Origin: Macrostomum lignano
Lineage: Eukaryota
NCBI GenBank assembly: GCA_002269645.1
Contig: NIVC01000393.1
Span: 248,001-312,000 of the forward strand
Direction of reading: 5' to 3'
DNA length: 64,000 nucleotides
Part shown: piece after piece, positions 38,877 to 50,594 of the stretch
How positions within the stretch are numbered: the stretch's first letter is position 1
How the letters are laid out: each line of letters opens with the position of its first letter
Program-made: the position numbers and the translations under genes
Notes under the pieces: model-generated
What the model saw: only the letters and a program-made list of their open reading frames with translations
Told to the model about the DNA's origin: nothing
Databases searched by the model: none

Positions 38877-41800
38877 CTGGGTTGTAAAGTGCTTAAATTT
38901 AAAGTAGAACTTGAACATACGCAGATGCGTTACTTCTCAGTCGCAATAATTTTTACACTCGGTGGAGCAACTAACATCCTGATGTTCTTGGCATTCGACA
39001 GCTGAACAATCGCAGACAGTTTTAAGTATCTCTACATCACCACGAGAACTAAAAGTTTAGTCAATCACTTCAATCAATTTATATGGTTTTAATGCGAAAG
39101 GTGTGTGCGATTTTCGCTAAATTACTTAAGCAGGGAAGGCACAGTTTCAATTACTTTTAAATGTGACAACATCCCATACTCTATAAAATGTATTCATTTC
39201 AGGAAAATCTGAACAACTGACACAATACCAAACAGACACAACTGACACAATAGCAAACAGACACAACTGACACAATACCAAACAGACACAACTGACACAA
39301 TACCAAACAGACACAACTGACACATTACTAAACAGACACAACTGACACATTACTAAACAGACACAACTGACACAATAGCAAACAGACACAACTGACACAA
39401 TACCAAACAGACACAACTGACACAATAGCAAACAGACACAACTGACACAATACGCTCGTAGCAAACAGACACAAGATACCAGAGACCAATCAGAGAAGTG
39501 GACTCACCGATGCGCATCTTGAACGAGGCGAACAGGTTGCGATTGTGAATGCAGATGAGACGCAGCAGGGCGAGAGCAAAATCCGCTGTGTCTTCCAGGT
39601 GGCGCTGCCGTTGTTTCCTGCGCAGCTCCTGGCCGTCGCCCGGGTGCCGCTGGGTGTCGGCAGACAGGCCGGCAGCCGCCATGTAGGTGGAGCCGATTGT
39701 TTTAATTTTCTCCACGCAGCTGAACTGTCGTTGAAGATCGTCGAAATCTGAGATGATCTCGTTGAGCACTAGGCAGCAGGTCTGCTCATCGAATCTAGCC
39801 ATGTCCATGTAGTACTCTGAGAAGTTGCAAATGGAAGCGAAGATCACGGTGGTCTCCCAGCAGTGCTCCGAGTAGATTTCCTGCGAGTTGAGAAAGTGCT
39901 CGGCCACGTGAGGCGGCAGGATGTTATTCACAAGCCGTTGATTTTTTCGCTTCATCTTCTCCGTGCTCTTGTTGGCCTCGTAGGCTTGAGATTTCCACAT
40001 GAAGTCGAGCCGGACGGTGATCTCCACCAGGTGAGACTGGACCACCACGATGAGCAGAGCGGACAGGATTAACAGGTTGCAGTTGATCCACTGCAGAGGG
40101 AAATTATCCCGGTCAGCGCAGCAGTGCTTCTGCACCAAATCCACGCTGCGAAAGTCCGAATGAAAAGCGAAAAAGCTGGACAGAAGGTAGACGACGAACA
40201 TGACCAGTCCGATGGCGGATTTCCACAGGAAACTGCTGTAGGTGAAGCAGGTCAGGCTGAGGATGGACAGCGAGGCCGAAAATGTCGTGTACTGGAAGTT
40301 GGGTTGGAAAACGGTTTAGGGATGATTGCAATCGATTACTGGAAAATCTGTGCTGTTTGCCTATTTTGGTATTGTTTCAGCTGTGTCAATTTAGTATTGA
40401 GTCTGTTTTTGTCTATTTAGTCTGTTGTGTGTATTTGGTATTGTGTCAGTTGTGTCTGTTTGGTATTGTGTCTGTTTGGTAGTGTGTCAGTTGTGTCTGT
40501 TTGGTATTGTGTCAGTTGTGTCTGTTTGGTATTGTGTCAGTTGTGTCTGTTTGCTATTGTGTCAGTTGCGTATATTTGGTAGTGTCGAAGTATTGATTTG
40601 GTATTGAATGCGACTCGAACACAAATACTCTGAAACCCATAGTCAGATACTCCAAATACTACTAACAGTAGCTTAAATGCGTGCAAACTTGTCTGGCAAT
40701 TTTAAATTTCACACACAGAGCTGAACTCTCACCTCGGGCATCGCCAGCTCTGCTCGATGGCAGACTCCGTCCGTCAGTGCGCTGCTGTTCAGGCAGTAGG
40801 AAGTCCAGTTGCTGTCGTGTTGGCTGTTGACGTGGACCTCCAAGTCCAAGCAACCAGTTTCTGTGAACTGTAAACGAATTCTTACGCGAAATATAACTTG
40901 CGCTTAATTTGAAATTCAAGGCTTGCATCAAGGTGAGCCATCTCTCGGTCATTTAGAAAATATCAGCTGTAAAAACGGAACAACAAAAAGTCAACATTTG
41001 TGCTTTTTTGCTCTTCAAGTTTAAACAGTTGGCAGTTCAGCAGCTGCAACTGGGCTGGCTGGGAGATGTTTCTGGCTCCAGCTTACAGCCCAGACACATA
41101 TTCTCCATGGCAAATATCTATTTTTTTATTGCTAACCAACTTTTTGATTAACAAATTTATTCGCCAGCGAAGACGAGTTGAAAAAGAGAATTTGGATGTC
41201 CAAATCTCAAGGGGTTGTAGCCCAGTGGTCAGAGCGTCGGACACGCGACTTGAAGGTTGAGGGTTCGATTCCTGATCCCACTGGAGCAATTTGTGTCCTT
41301 GAGCAAGACACTTAACTCTCTGCATTGCTTCAGTTCACCCAGCTGTAAAATGGGTGCCAGCATGAGCTGGGGTAATTGAGGGTGTGTGTGGCGACCCCCC
41401 AGTCCTTGGACTGGACAGCCGTACGCAGCCTCCAGGTGCGCCGCGCAATAGCTGCGGCTGAGCTGTCGGTTGCACATCTGGCCCAATTATTATTTATTAT
41501 TATCCAAAGATGGCAAACTTTACAGATCAGGCTTGGAGCGGCTTGTAACTAATTTGCAGGCTGTCATTGCATGCAGTTAATTAAATATTACAAATAATTA
41601 TTTGGCAAAACTGTGTTACCTTGGGAACCAAGATTGACACGAGATTAGCCACCATTCCGATCAGTATAGAGCCGTTGACAAAAATTGACCAAATGTGTCC
41701 GCTCGCGATTTTCTGAAAATAAAAAATAAAAATGTGCCAAAATGCTTACCTCTACTATGTAAGTAGACTAATGCGGATTTTAAATTCGCAACTCACCATT

Positions 41801-44800
41801 CGATCGGTGGTGAAGGCCACAGCGCAGGCGAACAGCGTGGATAAGGTGACGAACGAGAACAGGTAAATTGGCACCATGGTCATCGAGCTGGAATGAGCGC
41901 GAGTAAATTGGTGAAAAGCATCTCATAAAACCAGCCTAAATGCTGGATTGTTTGCATTTGATTGGCATTGGGAAATGACAATAAGGGGAAAAAGGCTGAG
42001 TTGAGCTATCGACACTTCAGGATTCAAGTCGGGTGCTCTGCAAAGTTTGCAATACGCACTTTATGAGTCTCATTTAGAATAGAGAGCAGGGCTCGTAACA
42101 GTTAAAAAATTTATGGTCAAGTGAGAGACTTGGAAACTTTTTCAGTCTGTCTCTGGGGATGATGAGCAGCTTTGATGAGCAGGTTGGTCCAAATTTGATG
42201 GCACTGTTGCCAAAACTAGAAATTCACTCGCTTTAATAGTTCAATATTAGTCCGCACCTCGAATCCACCGCCAGTCTGCATACCCTCAACCTGTCTACCA
42301 ATATGTGTTCCTATCTACCAATCTGTGTTCCTATCTACCAATCTGTGTTCCTATCTACCAATCTGTGTCCCTATCTACCAATCTGTGTTCCTATCTACCA
42401 ATCTGTGTCCCTATCTACCAATCTGTGTCCCTATCTACCAATCTGTGTTCCTATCTACCAATATGTGTCCCTATCTACCAATCTGTGTTCCTATCTACCA
42501 ATCTGTGTCCCTATCTACCAATCTGTGTCCCTATCTACCAATCTGTGTTCCTATCTACCCTATTTAGCTCCCTATCTACCAATGTCTTCTTACCAACCTA
42601 TAGCAATCTGCCTCCCTATCTAGTACACATTAATCCACAATCAATTATCTATCTCCAACTATACCCACACCGAACTTACCTTCGCTGAGTCAGAATTTGA
42701 ACGCAAAACGTGCCAGTGAGAAAGGCCAGCAGAAGACAGCTGACTTCAATGGAGAAGTAGGGATCTCTCACGGTGCCGAACTGCAGATAGAAAGTTGCAG
42801 CGAAATGAAAAAATATATAAAGATGGTTTTTTTGTTTTTTTTTAGAGGCAGGGGGGTTGTGTGCACCCTGGCGCACTTTAAGCGACATTGTCACACAACC
42901 GGCAAGAAGGCATTACTGCCCAATTCCGCCGACTCCCCTGAGCAGGCACACAAGCGCGCGGATACGTACGCAGGCACACACTCACACAGGAGTGTACAGC
43001 GGCCCTAACTTTATATTATCGTTAGGCATGTACACTTCACTGCGCCTTGGAGGGTTGGCTCTCAAGGCCGTTAATTGCACGAGCAGAGCCAAGCCGAGAT
43101 TCCAATTCAGCCCCAAATTAATGTGACTGCACTTGGAATCGAGCCTGGGCCGCTGACACACCAGAGCAGCTGCGCTACCGCTGGGCTACGGCCCCCCCCC
43201 CCTATAATATAAAGATGGTTAGGCTGTAACTATGAAGTTGACCCAGCTTATAATCCAAATTTTAACTCACGCAGTGGGCAATAGTCTGACCCAGACTGTG
43301 ACCCAGACTGTGACCAGACTGTGACCCAGACTGTGACCCGACTGTGACTCAGACTGTGACTCAGTCTGTGACCAAGACTGTGACTTAGACTGTGACCTAG
43401 ACTGTGACCTAGACTGTGACCTAGTCTGTCAACCAGCCTGTGACCCAGCCTGTGACCCAGACTGTGACCCAAACTGTGACCCAAACTGTGACCCAGACTA
43501 TGGCTTTTATCAACAATAATCCTGATAGAATTTTTCCCGACCTTCTTTTCCAGCCGGGGAAGCTTGAAACGCAGGTTGACGGGGTGGCAGTGCTCCTGGT
43601 ACAAGCTGTCGATGGAATGAGACTGGATTGCCGAGCTCAACGCTTCGTTGATTACGTCATCATTGACGCTTCGAGTTCGGTTGCCGTGATCGTCGACTCC
43701 CATTCTAGTGGGGATGATTTAGAGTAGAGTAAAGTCGAGAAGAGTAGAATAGAGTAGAGTATAGAGTAGAGTAGAATAGAGTAGTATATAGTAGATTAGA
43801 GTAGAGTAGAGTCGAGTCGAGAAGAGTAGAATAGAGTAGAGTAGAGAGTAGAGTAGAGCAGAATAGAGTCGACTAGAGTAGACTAGAGTAAATTTGAGTA
43901 GATTAGAGAAGAGTAGACTAGACTAGAGTAGAGTAGAGTAGAGTAGAGAAGAGTAGATTAGAATTGAGTAGAGAAGAGTAGAGTAGAATTGAGAAGAGAA
44001 GAGTAGAGTAGAATTGAGAAGAGAAGAGTAGAGTAGAATTGAGAAGAGAAGAGTAGAGTAGAATTGAGAAGAGAAGAGTAGAATAGAATTGAATAGAGAA
44101 GAGTAGAGTAGATTGGAGAAGAAACAAGCAGAGTAGAGCAGAGAGTAGAATAGACAGTAGCAAAGCACCAATGAAACCAGGTGGTATGCAAAAGCAAAAC
44201 TGACCCAGCCACCTTTTATGAATGTGAGATGCCGGCCGCCTTCCCTGACCAGCAGGTTCTGCTGCATCGCCGCAGTGCTGAGGCTGCTGCTGCTGGTCAG
44301 CCGGCACCACCAGAAAAGTTTTCACCCGATGCTCTCTTAGATAAGCGTGCCGGCTTTCACCTTCGCCGTCCTCAAAGCTGTAATCTCCGCCGAGGCTGTC
44401 GCGGGTCACCTCGGTGATGTGCACCCGGCCAGGCCGACCGCTGGACTCCAGGATCTCCGCCAGGTAGACGTCGCCCGACCAGACGTCGAACTGCAGTTTG
44501 TCGCGGCCGAGAACTCCGCAGATCACCGTGCCGGTGTGAATACCGATTCTCATGTCCACCGGGGCGTTGGTCATCACGCGGACTAGTCTGCCGATATGTA
44601 TCGATAATAGAATTAAAGCCCAGCAGATTTTTTAAAATATGCCGATACGTATCGAAGTTAAAATAAAATCCTGTCTATTATACATGGCCTATCTTATATA
44701 AATGTTCCCGTACATAGATAGGGTTTGCCTATTAGGAGCCTTAGCCCTGCGGTCTAGCGCGGCGCTCTGATGTACCAGCGGCCCAGGCTCGATTCCCAGT

Positions 44801-47800
44801 GCAGCCACACATTAATTTGGAGCTAAATTGGAATCTCGGCTTGGCTCTGCTCGGGCAATTAACGCCCTTGAGAGCCAACCCCCCCCCCCAGGCGCAGTGA
44901 AGTGTACATGCTTAATGATAAATAAAGTTAGGGCCGCTGTACACTCCTGTGTGAGTGTGTGCCTGTGCGTATGACTGCGTACGTATCCGCGAGCTTGTGT
45001 GCCTGCTCAGGGGAGTCGGCGGAATGGGCAGCAATGCCTCTCGCCGGTTGTGCGACAATGTCGCTTAAAGTGCGCCTAAAGTCCAGTTTAGGAGTTTAGG
45101 AGTTTTACCGATATGTATCGAAAGTCAATTTAAATTACACGTTCAATATGTATCGAAGATTGAGTGGGAAAAGCACTCATTTTAAATCAGACCCGATATG
45201 TATCAAAACTGAGCTCACTCATAAATCATTTTCAAGCTCGTACTCGTATTTTAATAAGTAGTGAGCATAAACTGACACTTTAAAATTTTATTAGCCCGCC
45301 CGGGGAGTCATATTTTATCGATGATGAGGAGCTGCTCCACAGTCCAATAAATTATGCTGGAGTTCGGCCTGAAGCCGGGCTGCCGTCCGAAATTCGGGAC
45401 TTCCGCTGCTGAATTTGGGCCGTCACTGCCCAGGATTTGGACCGCAAAAGCATGTACACTCTGAGCCATGTTGGCTGGCCTTCATGGGTGTAAATTGCAG
45501 GACACCCCCAAGCACCAAACGAACACGTTTACGCACAAAATCCAACCAAGGGCCGTGTGGTGCGAGTGTCAGAAATAAATTTTCAAGCTCATGAAACTCT
45601 AAGCTTGTGAAAGTCGCACGAAAAAAATCTGTGCACAGGTACTAAATTTTAATAATCTTAATTATTAAACGTTTGAGGCCCACTCACGATATGGTGGAGA
45701 TCATGTCCAAGCCCATTTCAACGCAGCACTTGGCGTGGTCGGCCCTGGGTTCCGGCAGTCCGGACACGCAGTAGTAGCAGTCACCCAGCAGCTTGATCCG
45801 CAGGCAGTTGTTGCTTTCAGCCAGCTGGTCAAATCTGGCAAACAGAACGTTGAGCAGCCGGACAATGAACTCCGGGTCGTTCTGACGACACAGCGTGGTG
45901 AAACCGCAGATGTCCGCAAACAGAATGCTGGAAATGCCGAGTCATCTTGGTTCAATTCTGTGCATTCAAATAACTAAGCATTGATTAGTTAACGAGCCAA
46001 CACGACACACTGTAGCACTGACACACAGTTCTCATTCATGGTCATTGTGACACGAGGCGAAGTCGGAATTTTGCAGGAAATGTGAAGAGGCCATCAAGAT
46101 AAGTCGAGTGCTTAGGTCGAAAAGTGCATAAGTACCTCTCTGGGATTTTAGAGATGCCAACAGCCTTGAGAGCTGAAAAGTGGCTGCTTAAGGATTAAGA
46201 AGTTCTTAATGACGACAGGTAAAAGTCTCAGTCAGAGCCGGCTACGGCCTGTTGACCTGAGTTTGAGGGAGTTATTCGCACTGCATAGTCTCTGCAATTC
46301 CGCCCTTGTCTTGCCTCATCCTCTTTAGGCTCTTCTTCTCCGTCTAAAGCTGTCTGTTTTCCCTTCGTGACTCCGACTTTGAATTTTCATTTCCAGCATC
46401 TTTGCTCGTCCCCTCCTGTTCCTCGTTCAGCCTCCACCAGAGATTAAAATAGCCTGCATTATACCTGTAAACCAGGCATGCAGCTACACCTGTTAAAGTC
46501 AACGAATCAAAAAACAGCCCGACCTAGCTTGTGAAATGCAAACATGCAGCTACTGTATGCATGAAGTAGAAAGTTCCACTTTAACTATTTTATATTTGTA
46601 CGAATTCTTTTTGGCTACCAGTTTAGAAGATGTTTAATCTAGTAGGTAAAGTTGGTATAGTAAGCCTCAGCATTAGCTTCAGAAGTTGCTAAAATCAAAA
46701 TTAGATTGTATCTTACTTAAGTACGAAAGGTACTTAAATATACTTCAGTATTATTCATTTTTCGCACTCAGTAATGCGTAAAAAAACAAAATTTAGATGT
46801 ACACTAGCAATCTACGCCCCCGTTGGGGAGCCAAAGAAATGCAATACACGTTTTTTTAATAAGCTACATGTATCCTTGAAATCTTAAAAAATCTCCTGTC
46901 AAACCTTGTAAGCCTTGACATGTCAGTAATTCCCCTCACAAGCTTTAACATATCAACTTCCCCCCTTGACATCTCAGCAATGCCCCCAATAAGCCTTGAA
47001 AATCTAAAAATATCTGTCAACCTTCTAACCCTAACCCTAGCCTAACCCTAACCTTAGCCTAACCCTAACCCCAACCCTAACCCTAACCTTAACCCTAACC
47101 TAGCCCTAACCCTAACCTAACCCTAAAGCATTGACATTTCAGTAATTCTCTCTAAGAGTCGTTATAGTACTACTACAGCATTATAGCGATTCCCTGCAAG
47201 CCTCGACATCGTAGGGATTCCCAAATGAATCTCTTAACTTCGACATGAAGCATTTTTTATTTTTTACATTACGCTTTTTTTATTAGCTATCCCTCCGCTG
47301 AGGAGGGACGAAATTCAGATGTACATTTGGCCTTCGCGGGGACGAAATTCAGATGTACATTTAGCCTTCGCGGGGGGACGAAATTCAGATGTACATTTAG
47401 CCTTCGCGGGGGGACGAAATTCAGATGTACATTTAGCCTTCACGGGGCGGGGCGAAATTCAGATGTACATTTGGCCTTCGCGTGGGGGGACGAAATTGTA
47501 TATACCAAGAAATTAATTAATTAAACAAAAACATTAAAAACAAAACACGTCTTAGAAACCGAATGTTGCTACTCACCTAACATTTTCATGTCTCTGTATG
47601 TAAACTTTGTTAAACATCGATCTGTGCGCTGGATTCTTCTCGGGATGTAGCAGCGGAGACGCCACGTACTCCGGCAGAAGCGACAGTATCAAACGGTCCT
47701 TGGGTAAATCAGTTTGTTAATTTTACTATCACATTTTACACAGAAGAATGTTAAAATCATCACTTTTTACTCCTCTTGACTGAGCGGTGCTGTTTATCCC

Positions 47801-50594
47801 GAATCGATTTGAGGATCTGTGGTGACCACTAGGAATGATTCGAAAGTTGCTACGCAAGAAAACCATTGAAGAAAAAGTAATTAATTCCCTTTGGTTTTTG
47901 CAGGGCTTCTCGTGTGGGGGAAAAGTATCAGCAAGAAATCATTGAGTAGAATAGACTCACTTCGGTTGCCTGGATACTTTAAGCTCTGGACCTCAACTTC
48001 GATCTTATTGTGGCCAATGTGACAGCAGACCCTAATGCATTCGCTCTCATTTCCTTTGAGTTTATAAGGCTTCCTGTTTTGGTTTTTATCTTATGGATTT
48101 TGTGCTTGTTAGTCTCATCAAAATGAAATATTCGCAGGCCTTCACTTCCCGCCATTTCTCTTTGCAGAATTTCCTTAGCCGGCGCTCACCAGCTTCTCCA
48201 TTTCCAGCTTGGCGCGCAGTCCGGCTTCGTAGTAGCGCCTGGTTTCCAGGAAAGTCTGCCGGCGGCCCATCTCCACGGGGCCGTGCACGAAAACGCCCAC
48301 TATGTTGGCGGCGAGCAAGTAGAACGCGTTGGCCGCAAGCTGCATGCAAGGGCAATGGGGGTTCCAATGTACACCAGCCAGCTGCTAAGGGGTGAATAAT
48401 TAAAAAAAATATTGGCCATGCCACTTGGGGGTGGGAGTTTAATGTACATTGGCCAGCCTATAGGGGGGGAGTGGGAGTTCAATGTACATAAGCTAGCCAC
48501 TGGGGGGATGGGAGTTCAATGTACATTGGCCAGTCGCTGGGGGATGGGAGTTCAATGTATATTGGCCAGTCACTGGGGGATAGGAGTTCAATGTACATAA
48601 GCTAGCCACTGGGGGGATAGGAGTTAAATGTACATTGGCCAGCCGCTATAAGAAAGGAAATTTAAAGTAAATTATCCAGGGTATGGCAAATTGTTGTACC
48701 GATTAGCCAATCAATCTGTCAATGCGAGTTACGTGATTCAATATTACGGAAACTAAAGGTCGATATGACGATATCAGAACAGAAAAGTGACAAAAAAGCT
48801 TTTATCACACACAAAAATCTTGACTACCAGCTCGGTCACGAATGTGATTTCTAATCCGTGTTCTCTAATGCGGGAGAATTAAGGAACCAGTTTGAGAGCT
48901 TAATCTCTACAGAAAGCTTGCTAGATCCGATCCAAAAGAATGCAGAAATGTTCTGTCTACCTTCAGCCTGCGAGCGTCAGTCGATGTGACTGACTCGGGG
49001 ACGGGGTGGACTCCGCCCCCCCATCCCAGAGGCATGAGAGGCAGGACTTCTCACAGCTGAGTGCGCAGGCGAGTGGACGACAGGCCTTTTTCCCGTGATC
49101 TTGTCGGGCCTAATTAGAGCGAGGCGGCCGTCAGGGTGTGAAAACGGGAGAATGTGGAGCAAAGATAAGATGCCGCTCGCTCCATTCAGCTGCTCAGTTC
49201 CTACTGGCACTGATACATTTTCTGACGTGACCTCCAACCAATAAAAGCTGCATTTTCGTGCAAGGTTCTTTGGCTTGGGCTGACATCGCGTTTAAAAAGC
49301 AGTGAGCTGTTTACGCTTGAGCAGCCATCAATTTGAGAACGGTCGCCCGCGTGTCCGGTGGATATTCAGGTGGGGGCGAAGTGACCTCGGATGACCTTTT
49401 AGTGCTTAATTTTGGGAGAAAATCACACGCTCTTCTAATTGCACTCAAACGTGGACTGTTGATAAATTACCCGTTTACTCTGACTACAACCCGGGTGTAG
49501 CGGCCAAAATCCCAAGATTTCGACGTTACCCTAATTTATTAAATTAAATCGGGATTCGGGCAGACAAGATGATTTATTTGCTGCTGAGCCATCGAGTGTC
49601 TCTGAAATCTGGTTGAAAAGCAATGAGCCTACTCGCAGAATTGCTACAAACTGTAGCGATGGCGAAGATGCTGGTTCAAGCGAGAGACGCCACCCCACTC
49701 CAGCTCGCGTACCCGAGCACCGAAATCCGGTCGGTTCATTCCAGAAATTCTAGACAACAGGTGCAGCATCATGATGAGGCCGCAGCAGGCCAGCAGGCTG
49801 CGAACACGCAACGGCAAGAACAGGTAGGCGATGACCGTCATCAGCGAGCTGGTGAACAGCCCGCTGCTCGGCTTCCAGCACAGCGGATCCGGCTCCTCGC
49901 CGATGCGAATGACGCTGGCGCCCTGCAGCAGCAGGAAGCAGATAGCCAGTCCGTAGCTCAGGTGCTGCTGCCGGGCCAGGCCGACCCGACAGCGCAGCAT
50001 GCCGATCAGGAGACCGCTGAAGCCGGCGAAGGCGACAGTGGAGAGGCTCAGGTGCAGCAGGGTGTTCTCAGATGGACCGCGGGCCGTCTGCGGCAACTGC
50101 GTGACGGCGGAACCGGCGCTCAGAAGCGTCAGCGTTGCCACCAGAACGAGCAGGGAGCGATGGTTCAGCCGGCGAAAGTACATCTGGTAGAGCTGCTCAA
50201 GCTCGGCGCCTGGGAACACCTTGGAAGAAAAGAGGCACTTGAACAGGATGGCCAGGAAGCGCCAACTTTCAGCGCAGTTCGCCGGCGGCTTGGTGTGCAG
50301 CAGGTCGCTGATTGTGTCCCGGTTCGGGTCCAGGCGCTGCAGGGCAGAGCTGTGCGACGATTCGGAGTCTCTGGGCCGAGTTCTCCATCGACCGCTGCTA
50401 CTGCCAACGTTGCCGCCGCCGCCGCTGCCACCAATTCTGACAATTTTCGTCGTTCTCTGAAGTCGCTGCCAGCCCGACGGGCGATCCGGGTTTCTTCGAA
50501 GCATTCGGGCGACTTCCTTCGGCGCCGATATTTGGTCGCCGTTGCCGACTGAAACTGGATCGGCGTCCACCATCGGGGCCGGGTGGACGCTCAT
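38536..50594 (-). CDS. ADCY: Transmembrane adenylate cyclase, 12 exons, 1158 aa. Exons: 50594-49713, 48339-48190, 47698-47577, 45927-45688, 44587-44213, 43704-43542, 42780-42680, 41887-41797, 41712-41620, 40867-40733, 40291-39508, 38876-38536
   Basis: Two TM clusters; C1 motifs [20 protein letters not shown] and MRIGIHTG; C2 motifs [12 protein letters not shown] and [16 protein letters not shown]. Exon lengths sum to 3477 nt in one frame. The start ATG is inferred. Confidence 0.93.
39213..39480. repeat. 25-bp minisatellite (AAACAGACACAACTGACACAATACC)
   Basis: About 10 units; exact reverse complement of the array at 40400-40580. Confidence 0.9.
39508..40291 (-). CDS. Adenylate cyclase exon 11 (last TM helices and first half of C2a)
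   Basis: cttccag acceptor, G|gtgagt donor; [24 protein letters not shown]. Confidence 0.92.
40400..40580. repeat. 25-bp minisatellite (GGTATTGTGTCAGTTGTGTCTGTTT)
   Basis: About 6 units. Confidence 0.9.
40733..40867 (-). CDS. Adenylate cyclase exon 10 (extracellular loop)
   Basis: 135 nt, phase 0 at both ends, GAG|gtgaga donor. Confidence 0.75.
41211..41485 (+). mobile_element. SINE family A copy
   Basis: Homologous to 33513-33800. Confidence 0.8.
41620..41712 (-). CDS. Adenylate cyclase exon 9 (TM)
   Basis: 93 nt, [34 protein letters not shown]|gtaaca donor. Confidence 0.75.
41797..41887 (-). CDS. Adenylate cyclase exon 8 (TM)
   Basis: Hydrophobic segment, ATG|gtgagt donor. Confidence 0.8.
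42295..42600. repeat. 20-bp minisatellite (CTATCTACCAATCTGTGTTC)
   Basis: Direct reading. Confidence 0.9.
42680..42780 (-). CDS. Adenylate cyclase exon 7 (TM7)
   Basis: ctgcag acceptor, AG|gtaagt donor. Confidence 0.8.
42871..43200 (-). mobile_element. tRNA-derived SINE family B, minus-strand copy
   Basis: Reverse complement of 44735-45076 and 58169-58481. Confidence 0.8.
43275..43500. repeat. 12-bp minisatellite (CCCAGACTGTGA)
   Basis: Direct reading. Confidence 0.9.
43542..43704 (-). CDS. Adenylate cyclase exon 6 (C1b)
   Basis: Phases match neighbours; ...[12 protein letters not shown]. Confidence 0.85.
43730..44150. repeat. (GAGTA)n-type pentanucleotide satellite
   Basis: Direct reading. 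Confidence 0.9.
44213..44587 (-). CDS. Adenylate cyclase exon 5 (second half of C1a)
   Basis: [18 protein letters not shown]...FDVWSGDV...[12 protein letters not shown]. Confidence 0.92.
44735..45076 (+). mobile_element. tRNA-derived SINE family B copy
   Basis: Head ...GCGGTCTAGCG...GGCTCGATTCCC; three copies in the window. Confidence 0.8.
45688..45927 (-). CDS. Adenylate cyclase exon 4 (first half of C1a)
   Basis: [10 protein letters not shown]...[16 protein letters not shown]...[13 protein letters not shown]. Confidence 0.92.
46810..47300 (-). mobile_element. Second copy of the TTAGGG-bearing dispersed repeat, with (CCCTAA)n at about 47025-47125
   Basis: Reverse complement of 27770-28095. 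Confidence 0.7.
47305..47495. repeat. 37-38-bp tandem repeat (GGGACGAAATTCAGATGTACATTTAGCCTTCGCGGG)
   Basis: About 5 units. Confidence 0.85.
47577..47698 (-). CDS. Adenylate cyclase exon 3
   Basis: DRLILSLLP...[13 protein letters not shown]; AG|gtgagt donor. Confidence 0.9.
48190..48339 (-). CDS. Adenylate cyclase exon 2 (TM6 and helical linker)
   Basis: [15 protein letters not shown]...RQTFLETR; 150 nt. Confidence 0.9.
48345..48640. repeat. About 36-bp degenerate tandem repeat (GGGGATGGGAGTTCAATGTACATTGGCCAGTCGCT)
   Basis: Direct reading. Confidence 0.8.
49713..50594 (-). CDS. Adenylate cyclase exon 1 (N-terminus, TM1-5)
   Basis: [16 protein letters not shown] pattern followed by hydrophobic helices; CGG|gtacgc donor. 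Confidence 0.85.

Noticed and set aside
47025-47125. Chromosome end or telomere fusion site
   Set aside because: The tract is short, partly degenerate, inside an intron and embedded in a dispersed repeat with a second copy at 27939
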